NCBI RefSeq assembly: GCF_009914755.1
Contig: NC_060932.1
Strand: one strand, 5' to 3'
Length of the DNA: 64,000 bases
From: the human T2T-CHM13v2.0 reference genome, Homo sapiens
This document shows positions 1 to 13,720 of this stretch, one piece after another. A model generated the notes under the pieces. The model saw only the letters and a list, made by a program, of their open reading frames with translations, was not told the DNA's origin and did not search any database. Position 1 is the stretch's first letter. Every line of letters begins with the position of its first letter. Position numbers and translations under genes: made by a program.

Positions 1-1496
1 TACATGAGGTCATTAGTGAGGTAATATCAGGGCACAGCTACTGGTCTACCACTTTGTATGACTCTGAGACACTCACATGAATCTTTCATTAAAAGAAACT
101 TCAACTAGGTTCCAGAGCATTTTTTTAAGATAAAGCAATGCAGTATTTGGAATGAGTAAGTAGTATTCCAGTTTCATGGTGTTCTGTAAGCTAGCAGCTG
201 CATTTGCACTGTGGAGACCTGGGGAGGAAGACCATCTGCCAGCAGAAAATTACTGTGAACTGGACTCTTAAGACCAAATACCCCACTTCCCACTTCCCTG
301 GGGTAATTCCTGTGTAAATGAAGGAAACACTCTAGGCTTCTTGAGGGCTGTGTTTCAAATCTCTTTTGGAAAACAGTGGATCATATGTAAATAGAGTGAA
401 TCTAAAAATTGAACCAATCAAGCATTAAAAGGGTTCCCCCAATGGATAGTTCTATAGAAAGAATTTAATATGTACAGATAAAGTGTTGGAAAAGATGACA
501 ATGCAAAGCGGGAGCAATGAGGCAACCCTACTGATAGTCACAGCAGAAATCTCCCACTGCCCTAAGGTTTGAGGAAAAATGGAAGGATTTGTGTGAGCCT
601 GGGAGCAGCACTGGCTGGCAGAAGCTAAACTTGCGGTGGGACTGCCAGGTGAGTGCAGAAGACAGAAAAGCAGCGGCCTTGCTGAGCATGAAAAGCCACT
701 GCTGGAAAAGAGAGGGAGTCGGGGAGAAATTCACATTGTCCTTCCTTCTTCAATCTCCCATTCTCCTAGGAGACACATTGACCAAAACTAGCCAGAAGTC
801 AGGAAGCCTGGAAAATGTAGTTTGCAACTAATAGTTCCCATTTTACTCAGCAAAGCAGAAAAAAACAAGGAACAGATTTGAGCACGAAGAGACAAATAAT
901 AGGCCCAAATGTTAAACAAAACATTGTTTAATCTCATACGTTAAAACTAAGTAACCAAGTTCAAGTCACTGGTCATAGGGCTGGTAATTTTGGCCTTTAT
1001 TTTGTGAAGCTGGATTTTATTTCACAAGGCAAAATTAGACAGTCAACCATTTATGCACATTCTGTGTTGAACATTTTAAGTTAATCTCTAATCATTTTCT
1101 TTCACAGGTAAATACACCATAAGTACTAGAATCAATGAATGACAATATTTAGACAAACCAAGAAATAATGTGAATATAAAAATAATGTATTATATTTGAT
1201 AGAATTATTATTCCATTAACATAGTTAGTACATATAGATGGATACATAAAACATGACAGCAATGTGCACAGCAGTTACTGGATCCTAGCTATGGCTCTGA
1301 AGAATTAACAGCCTCTTGAGCCTCAATATTTTCAAATGTAAATGGCAGTAATAAAACCTACCTCATAAGGTAATCATGAGTCATATGAGAGAAGTATGGA
1401 AAATACTTCATAAATTGTAAGGTACTCTACATATACATAGTAGTGGTATCTGATTGAGCAGATACTAGGTACACACTCATGTCTTGATGTTTTTTA

Positions 1497-1877
<381 letters not shown>

Positions 1878-1976
1878 TCACTCACTGTGTGATTTGGATA
1901 AGCCACATAACTTCTCTTGAACTTCTTTGAATATCCAGGTCTGCTTCTAAGGCCAGAAGTGTGCTGGTCTGGTTTG

Positions 1977-2101
1977 TCAGATCCTCTGTCTGCAGCAGAG
2001 AAAGTTCAGCCTGCAATTTCCATCGGGCTTCTCATTCTCCAAGCACTCCTTCCTGCATTTTCCCCGACCAAGCTTGCACGACTCACAGACAGCAAACTCA
2101 C
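1977..2101 (-). CDS. DEFB105: Beta-defensin 105, coding exon 3 (mature domain)
   Basis: Acceptor ...cttggcacag| then (G)EFAVCESCKLGRGKCRKECLENEKPDGNCRLNFLCCRQRI* ending TGA at 1977. Six-Cys beta-defensin motif plus one extra Cys. Confidence 0.97.
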
Positions 2102-3350
2102 CTGTGCCAAGAAAGAGCTGCTGAGGGAGCTTTCCAGGAAATGTCTAGAAATGGGGAACATGTCAAAGACCACCAAAAAAAAAGGGACAGTTCGTACGTA
2201 TGATTACAAAGAATATTTTCAAGAATCAGCCCAGATTTTTCAAAAATAGTTTCTGCTTTTTGCAGTAGGGAGTTGGGGAGAGTTAATTTTTATGCAACAG
2301 ATCATCGCAATTCCTACTCTCCAAGTGTTTATAATCTGGCAGGGATCAAAAGTAAACCACAGACAGACAAAGAGACATACATATTACAGAACTATAAAAA
2401 TACATACCTGATATGACTGTGAAGTTTACTAGACAAAAAATGGGAGGGGTATATTGTGGTTTTTTAAAGATCCTTGAAGATCAACTCTAGTTTGGGCCTA
2501 GTAGCCGGCAGGTTAAGGTCCATATTCTCATTTGTCCAGTGGCCATTCTAGAAGCACCTGACTACATTTTTTAAATCAGTTTAGGGATCAAATGGAATAT
2601 TATATGTAAATATTTTCATTATAATAATACCTACCACATAGGACTGTTTTGAGGATTACATGACAAAGTCCATGTAAAGTTTTTAGCAGGATGCCTGGTA
2701 CAGAGCAAACACTCAAGGACTAGTAGCAACCTTCATATTTCTCACTTTGAAATTCTGTCTAAAACCATTTCAACTTTGTCTACAATATTTCTTTTAGTTT
2801 TGTTTACAATGTCCTTTCTTTCTGTATAAGATGACTTCAAAGAAAAAGAAAAGATCTGGGGGCTATTCGTTATGAATAGCTTTTCTGCAATGGTGCTGAG
2901 TTTTCACTGAGGCAACCTCACTCTTTAATTTGAGCTTCCTTCAACTAACCTCATGCATTTGTGACATATATTATTACCAGACTTAGCAGCAGAGCTTGCA
3001 AGAGATGGGCAGGCGTGTTCACAGAGCAGTGCTAATTGGCTGGTACAAGAATAAATCTAAGAACTTGGTTTAGTGAGCACCAACAGCTAATGGGAAAAGC
3101 CACTGAGTCCAAATCTCTATGGCCAAATTACAGTCCAGTCACAAAGATATTTTTCTGTGAAATCAAAAATATCCAAATATTATACTTGGAACAAGAGAAA
3201 GAGAAGGAGATAAGTTAGTGAACTGATTTTTCAGACAATTCTATTTCTGCCACTATCTCTGTCCCCTCTTTGCCTCCAGACATCAGAGAGAGCTAACAGC
3301 GCCAGAGCTCCTAAGAGAAAAAATAATTATATACAAGAGATTTAACTTAC

Positions 3351-3392
3351 CTGATGGAAATGGTTGGGAAAAATCAAGTCCTGCCTGGCACC
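3351..3392 (-). CDS. DEFB105: Beta-defensin 105, coding exon 2 (42 nt)
   Basis: ttag|GG TGC CAG GCA GGA...CCA TCA G|gtaagt, encoding (G)CQAGLDFSQPFPS; phase 1-1. Confidence 0.95.
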
Positions 3393-3737
3393 CTAAATTC
3401 AAAACAAAATACATTTTGAAAATTAAAATCAACACAGGAATTAACACTGTATAAAACACTCCCAACTTCACATGTGACATAGCATAACAGGAGACAGTAG
3501 ATCACAGAGTTGCAATCTTTATTCTGTTTCTCAAGGCCAGCATTCCAGGTAACCAGCAAAAACAAATTACAAAAAAAAAAAAATACACTATATGCTGTTT
3601 GCTCTTAGTAAATGTCACTGTAGGTCTAAGAAATTCCCATGACAGGTGCCATGAGAGCTTGACCATTAAGGTCAAACATGGAAGAATCAACAGGCTTTAT
3701 AATCTGCCCAATCAAAATCCCATCCATTTTTACTTAC

Positions 3738-3807
3738 CTGATGGCAGTTGAACCAAAATGAAGAACATAGCAAATAGAAAATAAAATGTCTTCCTGATCA
3801 GGGCCAT
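3738..3807 (-). CDS. DEFB105: Beta-defensin 105, coding exon 1 (signal peptide)
   Basis: ATG at 3807, MALIRKTFYFLFAMFFILVQLPS G|gtaagt. Exons sum to 70+42+125=237 nt = 78 aa + stop. Confidence 0.97.
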
Positions 3808-4465
3808 CTTTTAGGGAAGACTCTTCGGAATAGAGATTGGGATTTCCTTGAGAAGACCCAAATGAGAGGCTCATTTTTATTTAAAAGTAATGGGGAGATG
3901 CTCTTGATCCGTGAAGTGAATCAATAAAACACAATTATATGCTCCATTTCCCAGGATAAAGGGATGATATCATGGATAATAACCCTTGGCATCCAGAAAG
4001 CCTTTTATTTTGGGGAGTCTAACTGGTGTAGTGGAAAGAACACCAGGCTAGAGGTTGAAAGAGCAGGGGCCATGTGAGTTTCCACCATACTAATGCAGGG
4101 GCCAGAAGATAGTGACCCCTTTCATCTCTTCCAGCTTCTGTTTTCTGGGAGAAAATAAGAACCCACTTGCAAATTCTGCCTGCCTCTAAAGGTGTTGTAA
4201 GAATCTAGTATGATTATAATGCAAAAGTGTTTTGAATATGTGGAATGCTTGGAAGGAGGCCTGGTACCATGTAAGAACTCAATAAATGTGGACTCTCACT
4301 TTTCTAGCTTTCATTTTTATTCTCTACAAGTATCACAGGGAGAAAAGGAGGGGTAGCAATCATTTTGTCAAGTTAGCTCTGAGTCCCCTTTCCTGTAAGA
4401 TATCACCTCACGCACCAAAGCCATAATTACTGCATATTTTAAATTCATTAAGGACATGAATATTG

Positions 4466-4545
4466 GCCCAGATGGGTGGCTTATGTCTATTATCGTAGCT
4501 TTTGGGAGCCTAAGGCAGGTAGATTGCTTGAGCCCAGGTGTCTAG
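4466..4545 (+). mobile_element. Truncated Alu left monomer / FLAM-like fragment
   Basis: ggcccagatgggtggcttatgtctat...tttgggagcctaaggcaggtagattgcttgagcccagg resembles the diverged 5' end of an old Alu. Confidence 0.7.
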
Positions 4546-5077
4546 GGCAAGGCATGATGGTTACCAGCCCCTTGCTGCGCCAACAGTGCCATGGTACAGG
4601 TGAGCAGCATGGCAGGACCAAGCACGAAAAGCGTGCAGCATACAGCAAGATTCACATTTTTTAACAAATATATGCTTAGGTCAAGCCCTTTGCCAAGTTT
4701 ACAAAGCTCAAAAAGACTGAATCTGGAATTCAGATTCCACCTCACTACGGTTCCTCAGCTCTTAACTGAAGCATTGAGATATTGTATAATTACTCCCATT
4801 TTACATATGAGTAAACCAAAGCTGTTCAGGAACACAGCCAGGATTAGAAACCAAACTACTGGACTCCAGATTTTTTTATTTTTTCTGTGTCTGCCCTACT
4901 CTGTCCTCCCTTCATCCCCACTTTCCTTCTTCAAAACTTTCCAGAATCAGAAATATGATGAGCTGTAGACTGAGTGACACCCACTGAGGTTGGGTGGGCT
5001 CTGTGCAGCAGAGCATGGAAATCCTCTCGTTTCTGCTAAGCCTCACTGATCAAGATGTTACTTGGTCTGGAGAAATG

Positions 5078-5083
5078 TATAAA
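5078..5083 (+). promoter_or_regulatory. DEFB106: TATA box of DEFB106
   Basis: TATAAA 68 nt upstream of the ATG at 5146. Confidence 0.7.
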
Positions 5084-5145
5084 TGTGGGTGTTTGCGGCT
5101 CTTTCCTCATGGACACGGTGCTGATCTCTCAAGACCCACCCAGTC

Positions 5146-5194
5146 ATGAGGACTTTCCTCTTTCTCTTTGCCGTGCTCTTCTTTCTGACCCCAG
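5146..5194 (+). CDS. DEFB106: Beta-defensin 106, coding exon 1 (signal peptide)
   Basis: MRTFLFLFAVLFFLTP G|gtaaaa; 49 nt, phase 1. Confidence 0.97.
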
Positions 5195-6279
5195 GTAAAA
5201 TGGGCATCTTTACAGGGAAGGTGATCGGAGGTGGTGTCCCACAGACAGGGTCCCCTTCAGTGAATGCCTGGGCGTGATCAACCCATCTACTACAAGAGGT
5301 GATATCCCCCAACGCCTCTTCTGTAATTCCTTTGCATTTTACATTGTTATCTAGGAGGGGCTGTCACAGGTTTGAAAGAATAAAAGAAGGCCAGGAAAGA
5401 TGCCTTTTGGCATCCCATCTCATGCTCACTAACAAAAACAAAAATTGAGAAAAAATTAAAAACAAGGATAGCAGTCTATGAACCTTTTAAAATGTAGTTA
5501 TGGTAGAGATTGAGACAGGTAAGGAGAAGGGACAGGTAAGGATCTGAGCTTAGAGACACCTATGCACTCATGCCAGTCATGGCAACAGGTAAAGCAGCGT
5601 AACTTGGACTGCCATTTCTTGATCACATATCATCAAGCCAAGTACTGTGATGAGAGCTTCACATAAAATGCATCTAGTCTTCCAGTGCCAGCGCCTTTAC
5701 GGAAAACTCTGTCTTACCCCTAATTTAATGGAAGTTAGAGAAAATCTTTTTGGGTTTGAAGGTCCATTTTACAAATTTTATTACAGATGCAGAAATTGTG
5801 CCTCAGATGGGCTCAGTGCTTCTCAGAGTCTTATAGATAACCAAAACAAAGCCAGGGTAGGAGCCCAACTGTCTTGCCACAGTAAGAGGCATTAAAGACA
5901 CCCTTCCCATATCAAAACTCTCTTCATTTTCTCCTGCTCCTGGGAATCTCCAGTGGCTCCAATTGTATCCTCTTCAAAATTAAGGCTTAAGACCAGGCTC
6001 ATGTGAGCCTCCAGAGAGCTGAAGAAAGGGATTCTCAGAGCCCACAGTAACTCCCAATTTGTGCCAGATACCAGTGATATACGATCCCAGGTATGATGCT
6101 CAACTTTTCACATCAGCTGCTCATAGCTCTGGTCTGTTTTGTGACAAGCCTGTGAGAGTAGATTCTGTGTCAAAACATGAGGATCTAGGACCCACAGTGA
6201 CCTATGCCGTATTCAGGCCACTGGTTTTGATATGCACGTTCGAAACTGGCCAGAGGTATCTTTTTCAGATCACTCATAC

Positions 6280-7820
<1,541 letters not shown>

Positions 7821-8813
7821 GCCTTACAGTAGGGCAGAGAGAACATAGACCCCTGCCAGTGAGAGCCAGAGTTCATCGAGCTTTGAAATAGTGGAGTATT
7901 TTCACTTATGAACTGATGTGCTGATCCTGGATAATCATTAGTGCATATGCTGGCACTAATCCACCTGGCTGTAAGTTTTATGTAGATTTGAATTAGGCAC
8001 CTTTATATGTTGACATTAAATGTATATACATTATAGTATAGACATTAAATGCAATCTCTGTACATCTGATGCCTTCATTATATATACACAAATTGGGCAG
8101 CTCTAAAATGTTGATCCTGATAAGACGTGCTGTCTGTCCTTAACTTGAAGCAGGCTGCTCTTGGGACTGCTACTGATAAAGCCCTAAGGTGGGAACTGGA
8201 ATTCTCCACAAAATGAACTGAGAAAATCTTAGAAAAACATTCCCAACATGCTGCACCCTCCTTCTCTAAAGCACAAGTTTTCCGCAGTCGTTGCTTTGGT
8301 GAATATGGAGGAGAAATCAGGCTGAGCCTTCCAAGCAAGTTTCTATCTACCACAGTAAACTCATTCTCTTTTTATATCTTTATCCCTTCCTTTGCTCTGG
8401 TCTGGAGCTATCTCCTCAGTCTCAGCTCTTGCTCTACTCTCACCAAGTAGCAGCCTCTGAGAGTGCACTAGGAAAATTAGCAGCCTCTGGGAGTGTTTAT
8501 GGGAACAAGTTGATAATTATCCCCAACAGATTTCGATTAAAGAACCATAGCTTAGGGACGTTTCCCAAAGCTCCTACACAGCTTGGTCTCAAATGCTGGA
8601 AGACAAATGTATTCTTTCCGGTATTTCACCCTGTGTGACTATGAGACTGAAATATCAGATAAAAATCAGGTCCCCTACCATCTCATCTACCGGTAGGATA
8701 TGGCACTATGACAGCTTGTGAAAAAATCTTCACCAAGTAGTCATACAACCGTATCTGGTAAACATACATGTCTGAAAAGGGAATTAATCCAAATGGCTCC
8801 TTCCCTCGTGTAG

Positions 8814-8962
8814 CCAAGAATGCATTTTTTGATGAGAAATGCAACAAACTTAAAGGGACATGCAAGAACAATTGCGGGAAAAATGAAGAACTTATTGCTC
8901 TCTGCCAGAAGTCTCTGAAATGCTGTCGGACCATCCAGCCATGTGGGAGCATTATAGATTAA
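8814..8962 (+). CDS. DEFB106: Beta-defensin 106, coding exon 2
   Basis: cctcgtgtag|CC AAG AAT..., encoding (A)KNAFFDEKCNKLKGTCKNNCGKNEELIALCQKSLKCCRTIQPCGSIID*. 49+149=198 nt = 65 aa + stop. Confidence 0.97.
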
Positions 8963-9042
8963 TGCAGAAGATTTAGGTTTCCAGAGAAGCATACATAACC
9001 TAGCTTCTTTTTACTCTTGCCTCTGCTGTAGGCAGACACTTT

Positions 9043-9054
9043 AATAAAAATAAA
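9043..9054 (+). terminator. DEFB106: Polyadenylation signals of DEFB106
   Basis: Two tandem AATAAA ~80 nt after the stop, followed by GT/T-rich sequence. Confidence 0.75.
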
Positions 9055-9367
9055 TGACTGTCTTTGCTCAGTTTGTCAAGTGTTTCATTTAGAAAGGAGA
9101 ACAACACTGCCTGACCTTGATGCTCCCTCCATCCCGGTTTATTTTTCTATCATTCTGGAGTAGATAAATTGTCCCAAAGCCATCTGAAATTTTTCTTAAA
9201 AGAGGACTAGAAGAGACTAGAAATCAACAAATCTCTAGCTTGTGCTCAGTCTAGTAAGTTGGCGCTTACTAACCTATTGACATGAAAGAAGTAAACAAAA
9301 GAAAATAAAGAAAAGAGAGAGGGAGGTGGAAAGAAGATGAATAGGTAGAGAAATGAGCACACTTTTT

Positions 9368-9717
9368 TTTAATACAAAACAAAATTTTATTCTTTTTTTT
9401 CTTTTTCTTTTTATTATACTTTAAGTTCTAGGGTACATGTGCACAATGTGCAGGTTTGTTACATATGTACACATGTGCCATGTTGGTGTGCTGCACCCAT
9501 TAACTCATCATTTACATTAGGTATATCTCCTAATGCTATCCCTCCCCCCTCCCCCCTCCCCCCTCCCCCCACCCCACAACAGGCCCCGGTGTGTGATGTT
9601 CCCCTTCCTGTGTCCAAGTGTTCTCATTGTTCAATTCCCACCTATGAGTGAGAACATGTGGTGTTTGGTTTTTTGTCCTTGAAACTGGAAACCATCATTC
9701 TCATCAAACTATCGCAA
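9368..9717 (-). mobile_element. Short L1PA 3' end with 5' inversion
   Basis: Antisense L1PA 3'UTR (ttattatactttaagttctagggtacatgtgcac...) at 9391-9681, then a sense piece at 9682-9717. TSD GAGCACACTTTTT at 9355-9367 and 9718-9730. Confidence 0.93.
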
Positions 9718-10096
9718 GAGCACACTTTTTAAAAATTTTTACCATCATGCCATATGCCCACATAAATGAGCATACATTTACATGAATAGCTACATGAACG
9801 ACAAATTGATGGATAGGCGGTCCATTTATCAAAGACTTTTATGTGTCACACACACACCTGTCTAAATTAATCATCATGACCCCATGTCTTTAATTGGGGC
9901 TAGTTAAATATTTTCTATAGACTTGTTCTCTACACGTAAGTCTGAGATAAAATTTGCTGACAGGCAAGGGAGTCATAATTACCTCTATGAGTCTCAGTAA
10001 CTCTAGTGATTTAGACCCTCTTCCCCAAATCACTGCCTACGATTTTCCTAGGAACTGGCTGACAGTTTACCTTCTGATTCTAAGCCTCAAAATTAC

Positions 10097-10472
10097 TGTT
10101 ATGGTGGGAATGTGTTCTTCCAAAATTAATGCTGAAGCCTAATCCCCACTCTGGTGATTAACAGATGAGGCCTTTGAGGAGGTGATTAAGCCTCAAGGGC
10201 CCTGCCCTCATGAATGGAATTAGCACCCTTATAAAAGAGGTTGAAAGAAACTGCCTTGCTCCTTCCACCATGGGAGGACACAGCGTTTGTCTCTTCTGCC
10301 ATGTGAAGGCTGAGCAACAAGGTGCTATCTTGAAAGCACAAACTGGGTCCTCAGGATATAGTAAATCTTTTGAGGTCTTCCAGCCCCTAAAACTGTAAGT
10401 AATAAATTTCTATTGTTTATAAATCACCCAGCATAAGGTATTTTATTATAGCAGCATGAATGGACTGAGACA
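10097..10472 (+). mobile_element. MaLR solo LTR (MST/MLT1A-like)
   Basis: TGTTATGG...GGACTGAGACA termini, aataaatttctattgtttataaat motif, perfect 5-bp TSD ATTAC (10092-10096 / 10473-10477). Confidence 0.88.
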
Positions 10473-10639
10473 ATTACTTAGTTTAAGTAAGAATTTCCTA
10501 TCATGTTTCCAGTGCTCAAGAGTTAGTTTTGGTTTCCTGCTGGCTCAGAAATCTTGCCTTACCTCCCCTTTAATTTTTCAAAGTCGATAGATTTAATTCT
10601 ATTAGAATCAATAACCCTTTCATGAAAAGGATGTTTTAG

Positions 10640-11112
10640 TTACACTTTCTAGTTTGAGGTAATTGTAGATTCCTCTACAGTTCCAAAAATAATAATAATA
10701 ATGCAGAGAGATACCCAGATCTTTTACTCTATTTTCCTCAATAGTAACATCTTTGTAAAACCATAGTGCAATATCACAACCAGGTTATTGACACTGATGC
10801 ATAACATTTCCATTATCAGGAGGACTTCTCATGTTACCCTTTCAGAGCCACTCTCTCTTCCCTCACACCTCCACCTCCGTCTTAACCCCTGTATAAGTGA
10901 TTTATTCTCCATTTCTACAATTTTGTCCTTTTAGGAATGCCATATAAATAGAATGTATATATCCTTATTAGACTGGCTTTTTTCAGTCAGCATAACTTTC
11001 TGGGGATTCATCCAGGTTGTTGCATTTATCAATAGCTCTTTCCTTCTTATTGTTGGGCAGTATTCCAGGATACGGATGAACCACAGTTTGTTTAATCACT
11101 CCCTCATCGTAG

Positions 11113-11148
<36 letters not shown>

Positions 11149-11440
11149 CCTCCCTCTTTTCCCCCACTTCATTGCCTCCTCTTCTCCTCTCTACCTCTCC
11201 TTCTCTTTCTCTTTTGCATAGGGATATCTAATTGTTCAAGCACCATTTGTTGAGAAGACTATTCTTCCTCCATTATATTACCTTTGCTTCTTTGATAGAG
11301 AGGAGTTGCTTTGATCTTTTCTGAGCTATCCATTCTGTTCTGTTTCTCTGTTTGATCTATTTATTTATTGCTTCACCACTCCCACACTGCCTTCATCATT
11401 GCAGTTTTTTAGTGAGTCTTGATATAAGGTAGTGTAAGTT
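10640..11440 (-). mobile_element. Old L1M fragment containing a (CT)n tract at ~11116-11210
   Basis: Typical antisense L1M 3' motifs such as ggatatctaattgttcaagcaccatttgttgagaagactattctt; boundaries approximate. Confidence 0.65.
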
Positions 11441-11443
11441 CAC

Positions 11444-11801
11444 TGTATTAACCCATTTTCACATTGTTATAAATAAATATCCGAGATGGGGTAATTTATG
11501 AAGAAAAAGAGGTTTAATGGACTTACAGTTCCACACAGTTGGGGAGGTCTCACCATCATGACTCAAGGCAAAGGAGGAGCAAGGTATGTCTTACATGGTG
11601 ACAGGAAAGACAGCGTGTGCAGGGGAACTGACCTTTATAAAACCATCAGATCTTGTGAGACTTACTCATTTTCATGAGAAAAGCACAGAAAAGAAACACC
11701 TCATGATTCATTTACTTCTCACCATGTCCCTCCCATGACTCATGGGGATTATGGGAGCAAGAACCCAAGATGAGATTTAGATGGGGACAGAAACCCTATC
11801 A
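11444..11801 (-). mobile_element. THE1-family MaLR solo LTR
   Basis: tgtatta...aagaggtttaatggacttacagttccac...ataaaaccatcagatcttgtgagactt...ctatca. TSD TTCAC / TCCAC. Confidence 0.88.
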
Positions 11802-11985
11802 TCCACCAACCTTGTTCTTTCCGGTATTGTATTGACGATCCTAGGTCTTTTGAATCAGTATGGAAATGTCAACAACATATTTTGCTAAAAGTTTGACTGG
11901 GATTATATTTAATCTATAGGTCAAGTTGTAAATATTGACATCTTAACGTTAAATTCTCTATTATATGAACACAGAATATTTCTCT

Positions 11986-13400
11986 TGTTAAAATAATTAA
12001 ATGAGAGGCCATTAGACTGCGGGAGCTTCAGTGCACTCGGTTTCTACATAAGCAAACTAAAACCCAACTCGGTTTGAATGGTAAAAGAAAACTTTAACCA
12101 ATCAGAAACCACCAACTAACCTCTAACAAGGGAATGGAATGATTCGAATAAGGCTTATACTCCACCTTAACCAATTAGATGTTTAATTTGCCTTTCTTCC
12201 ATTTTCACCCTATAAAAGCCTTTTCCTCGTGCCTCTTTGCGTGAGCCCCAAAAGACTTGTGTTTTGGAGCCTGCCCGATTCTTAAATTGATATCTGCTCA
12301 AAAGAAAACTCTAAGATTTTTATGTGCCTAAGTTTATTTTTTAATACTTCTGTTGTCAGAAGAGGGACCCAAAGAAGCCCTGATAATGGTTCCTGGGACA
12401 ATGAGTAGCCAGATGTAGTTACCAGCTGAGCCGGTTTTACTCACCGCTTTCTCTCTGTGTCTGGATCCAGCAGAAACTGGACTGGGTCCAACAGAAGGTC
12501 TTAAGAAGGCAGGGTTTAGGGAAGACAAAGAATCATGAGTTCATCTGTATCCAGGTAGTCTGGAACCTCTCCATCTGGGACTCTAGCTACGTTCATGTAT
12601 AAAAATTATGGACCCAGAACCTGTGTTTTTCTAAATAAATGTGTAAACTTTACTAAAGACAACTTAGAATTACACTGGTCACAGTGAAGAAATTTTAACC
12701 TAAACAGTTATTCATCTATAAGCTACATTGAAAGAGAAGTGATCTTAAATGCCTCAAAAAAATGAGATATGTTTTTAATTGGCATGCAGAAGCTTCTAAA
12801 AGACTAAGCAAATCAAAACTTGCCTTTCTTAAAGACTCTTTACAAAAGGCAAATTAAAAGCTTAAGCACTTAATCAGTGATGATAAAAAATTGCACATTG
12901 ACTCACTCAACTCTCAATGCTCCTTCTTTTCCTCCTGTCTCTCTTCTTCCTCTGCCTAATTACTCTGATTCCACTACCCTCTTCACTCAGCTGCCTTTCT
13001 ACTCTGAAGATGAGAAGCAAGTTAGGAAAATGCCTTCTAAAGTTAGTTCCTCAGATCAACTGTGTCTGCCTTCTTTAATTACCTTTATGTCTTGGTCAAA
13101 ATCCGAACTGACAGAAATAGTGAAAGACTTCCCTAACCCAAAGGAAAACCCCCAGGAATTTGCTGAGGAATTTAGAATCCTCATTTAAACATACAATCCA
13201 TGACTTCCTGATCTTTGTCAATTTATCCACATGATACTGGGACCTGGTCAAGCCTGCAAATGGAGGCGATGGTTGAATGGGACTAACCTGAGGATGATAT
13301 TAAGGATCTTATGTCTCAGACAGCTGCAAGGGATGAACAAAAAAGAGGCAGGGGAAAAGGAAGCATTCTATAATCTTATAAGTAAATCTCATCTTTACCT
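11986..13400 (+). mobile_element. Degenerate ERV: LTR (11986-~12346), primer-binding site (12351-12368) and gag remnant
   Basis: TGTTAAAA start, CCAAT boxes and TATAAAA within the LTR. PBS-like TGTTGTCAGAAGAGGGAC. ORF 12877-13188 ends WSKSELTEIVKDFPNPKENPQEFAEEFRILI, which resembles class I ERV capsid. Stop codons follow. Confidence 0.75.
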
Positions 13401-13438
13401 GAGCCTGTGTGTCCCTGCACTGTGACTGTCACTAGAAC

Positions 13439-13720
13439 TTTTTTTTTTTTAAATCTCTGTCACCAGGCTGGAGTACAGCGGCATGATCTTGGCTCACTTC
13501 AACCTCCTCCTCCCAGGTTCAGTGACTCTTCTGCCTCAGCCTCCCAAGTAGCTGGGACTACAGGTGTGTACCACCACACCTGGCTAATTTTTGTACTTTT
13601 TAAGTGGAGATGTGGTTTCACCATATTGGGCAGGCTGGTCTTGAACTTCTGACCTGGTGATCTGCCCACCTTGGCCTCCCAGAGTGCTGGGGTTACAAGC
13701 ATGAGCCACCGTGCCCGGCT
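13439..13720 (-). mobile_element. Alu (AluS-like)
   Basis: Poly(T) plus reverse-complement Alu ending gtgcccggct. Confidence 0.93.

Noticed and set aside
1917-2249. 110-aa + strand ORF
   Set aside because: Antisense shadow of DEFB105 exon 3 with a non-ATG start and no recognisable product.
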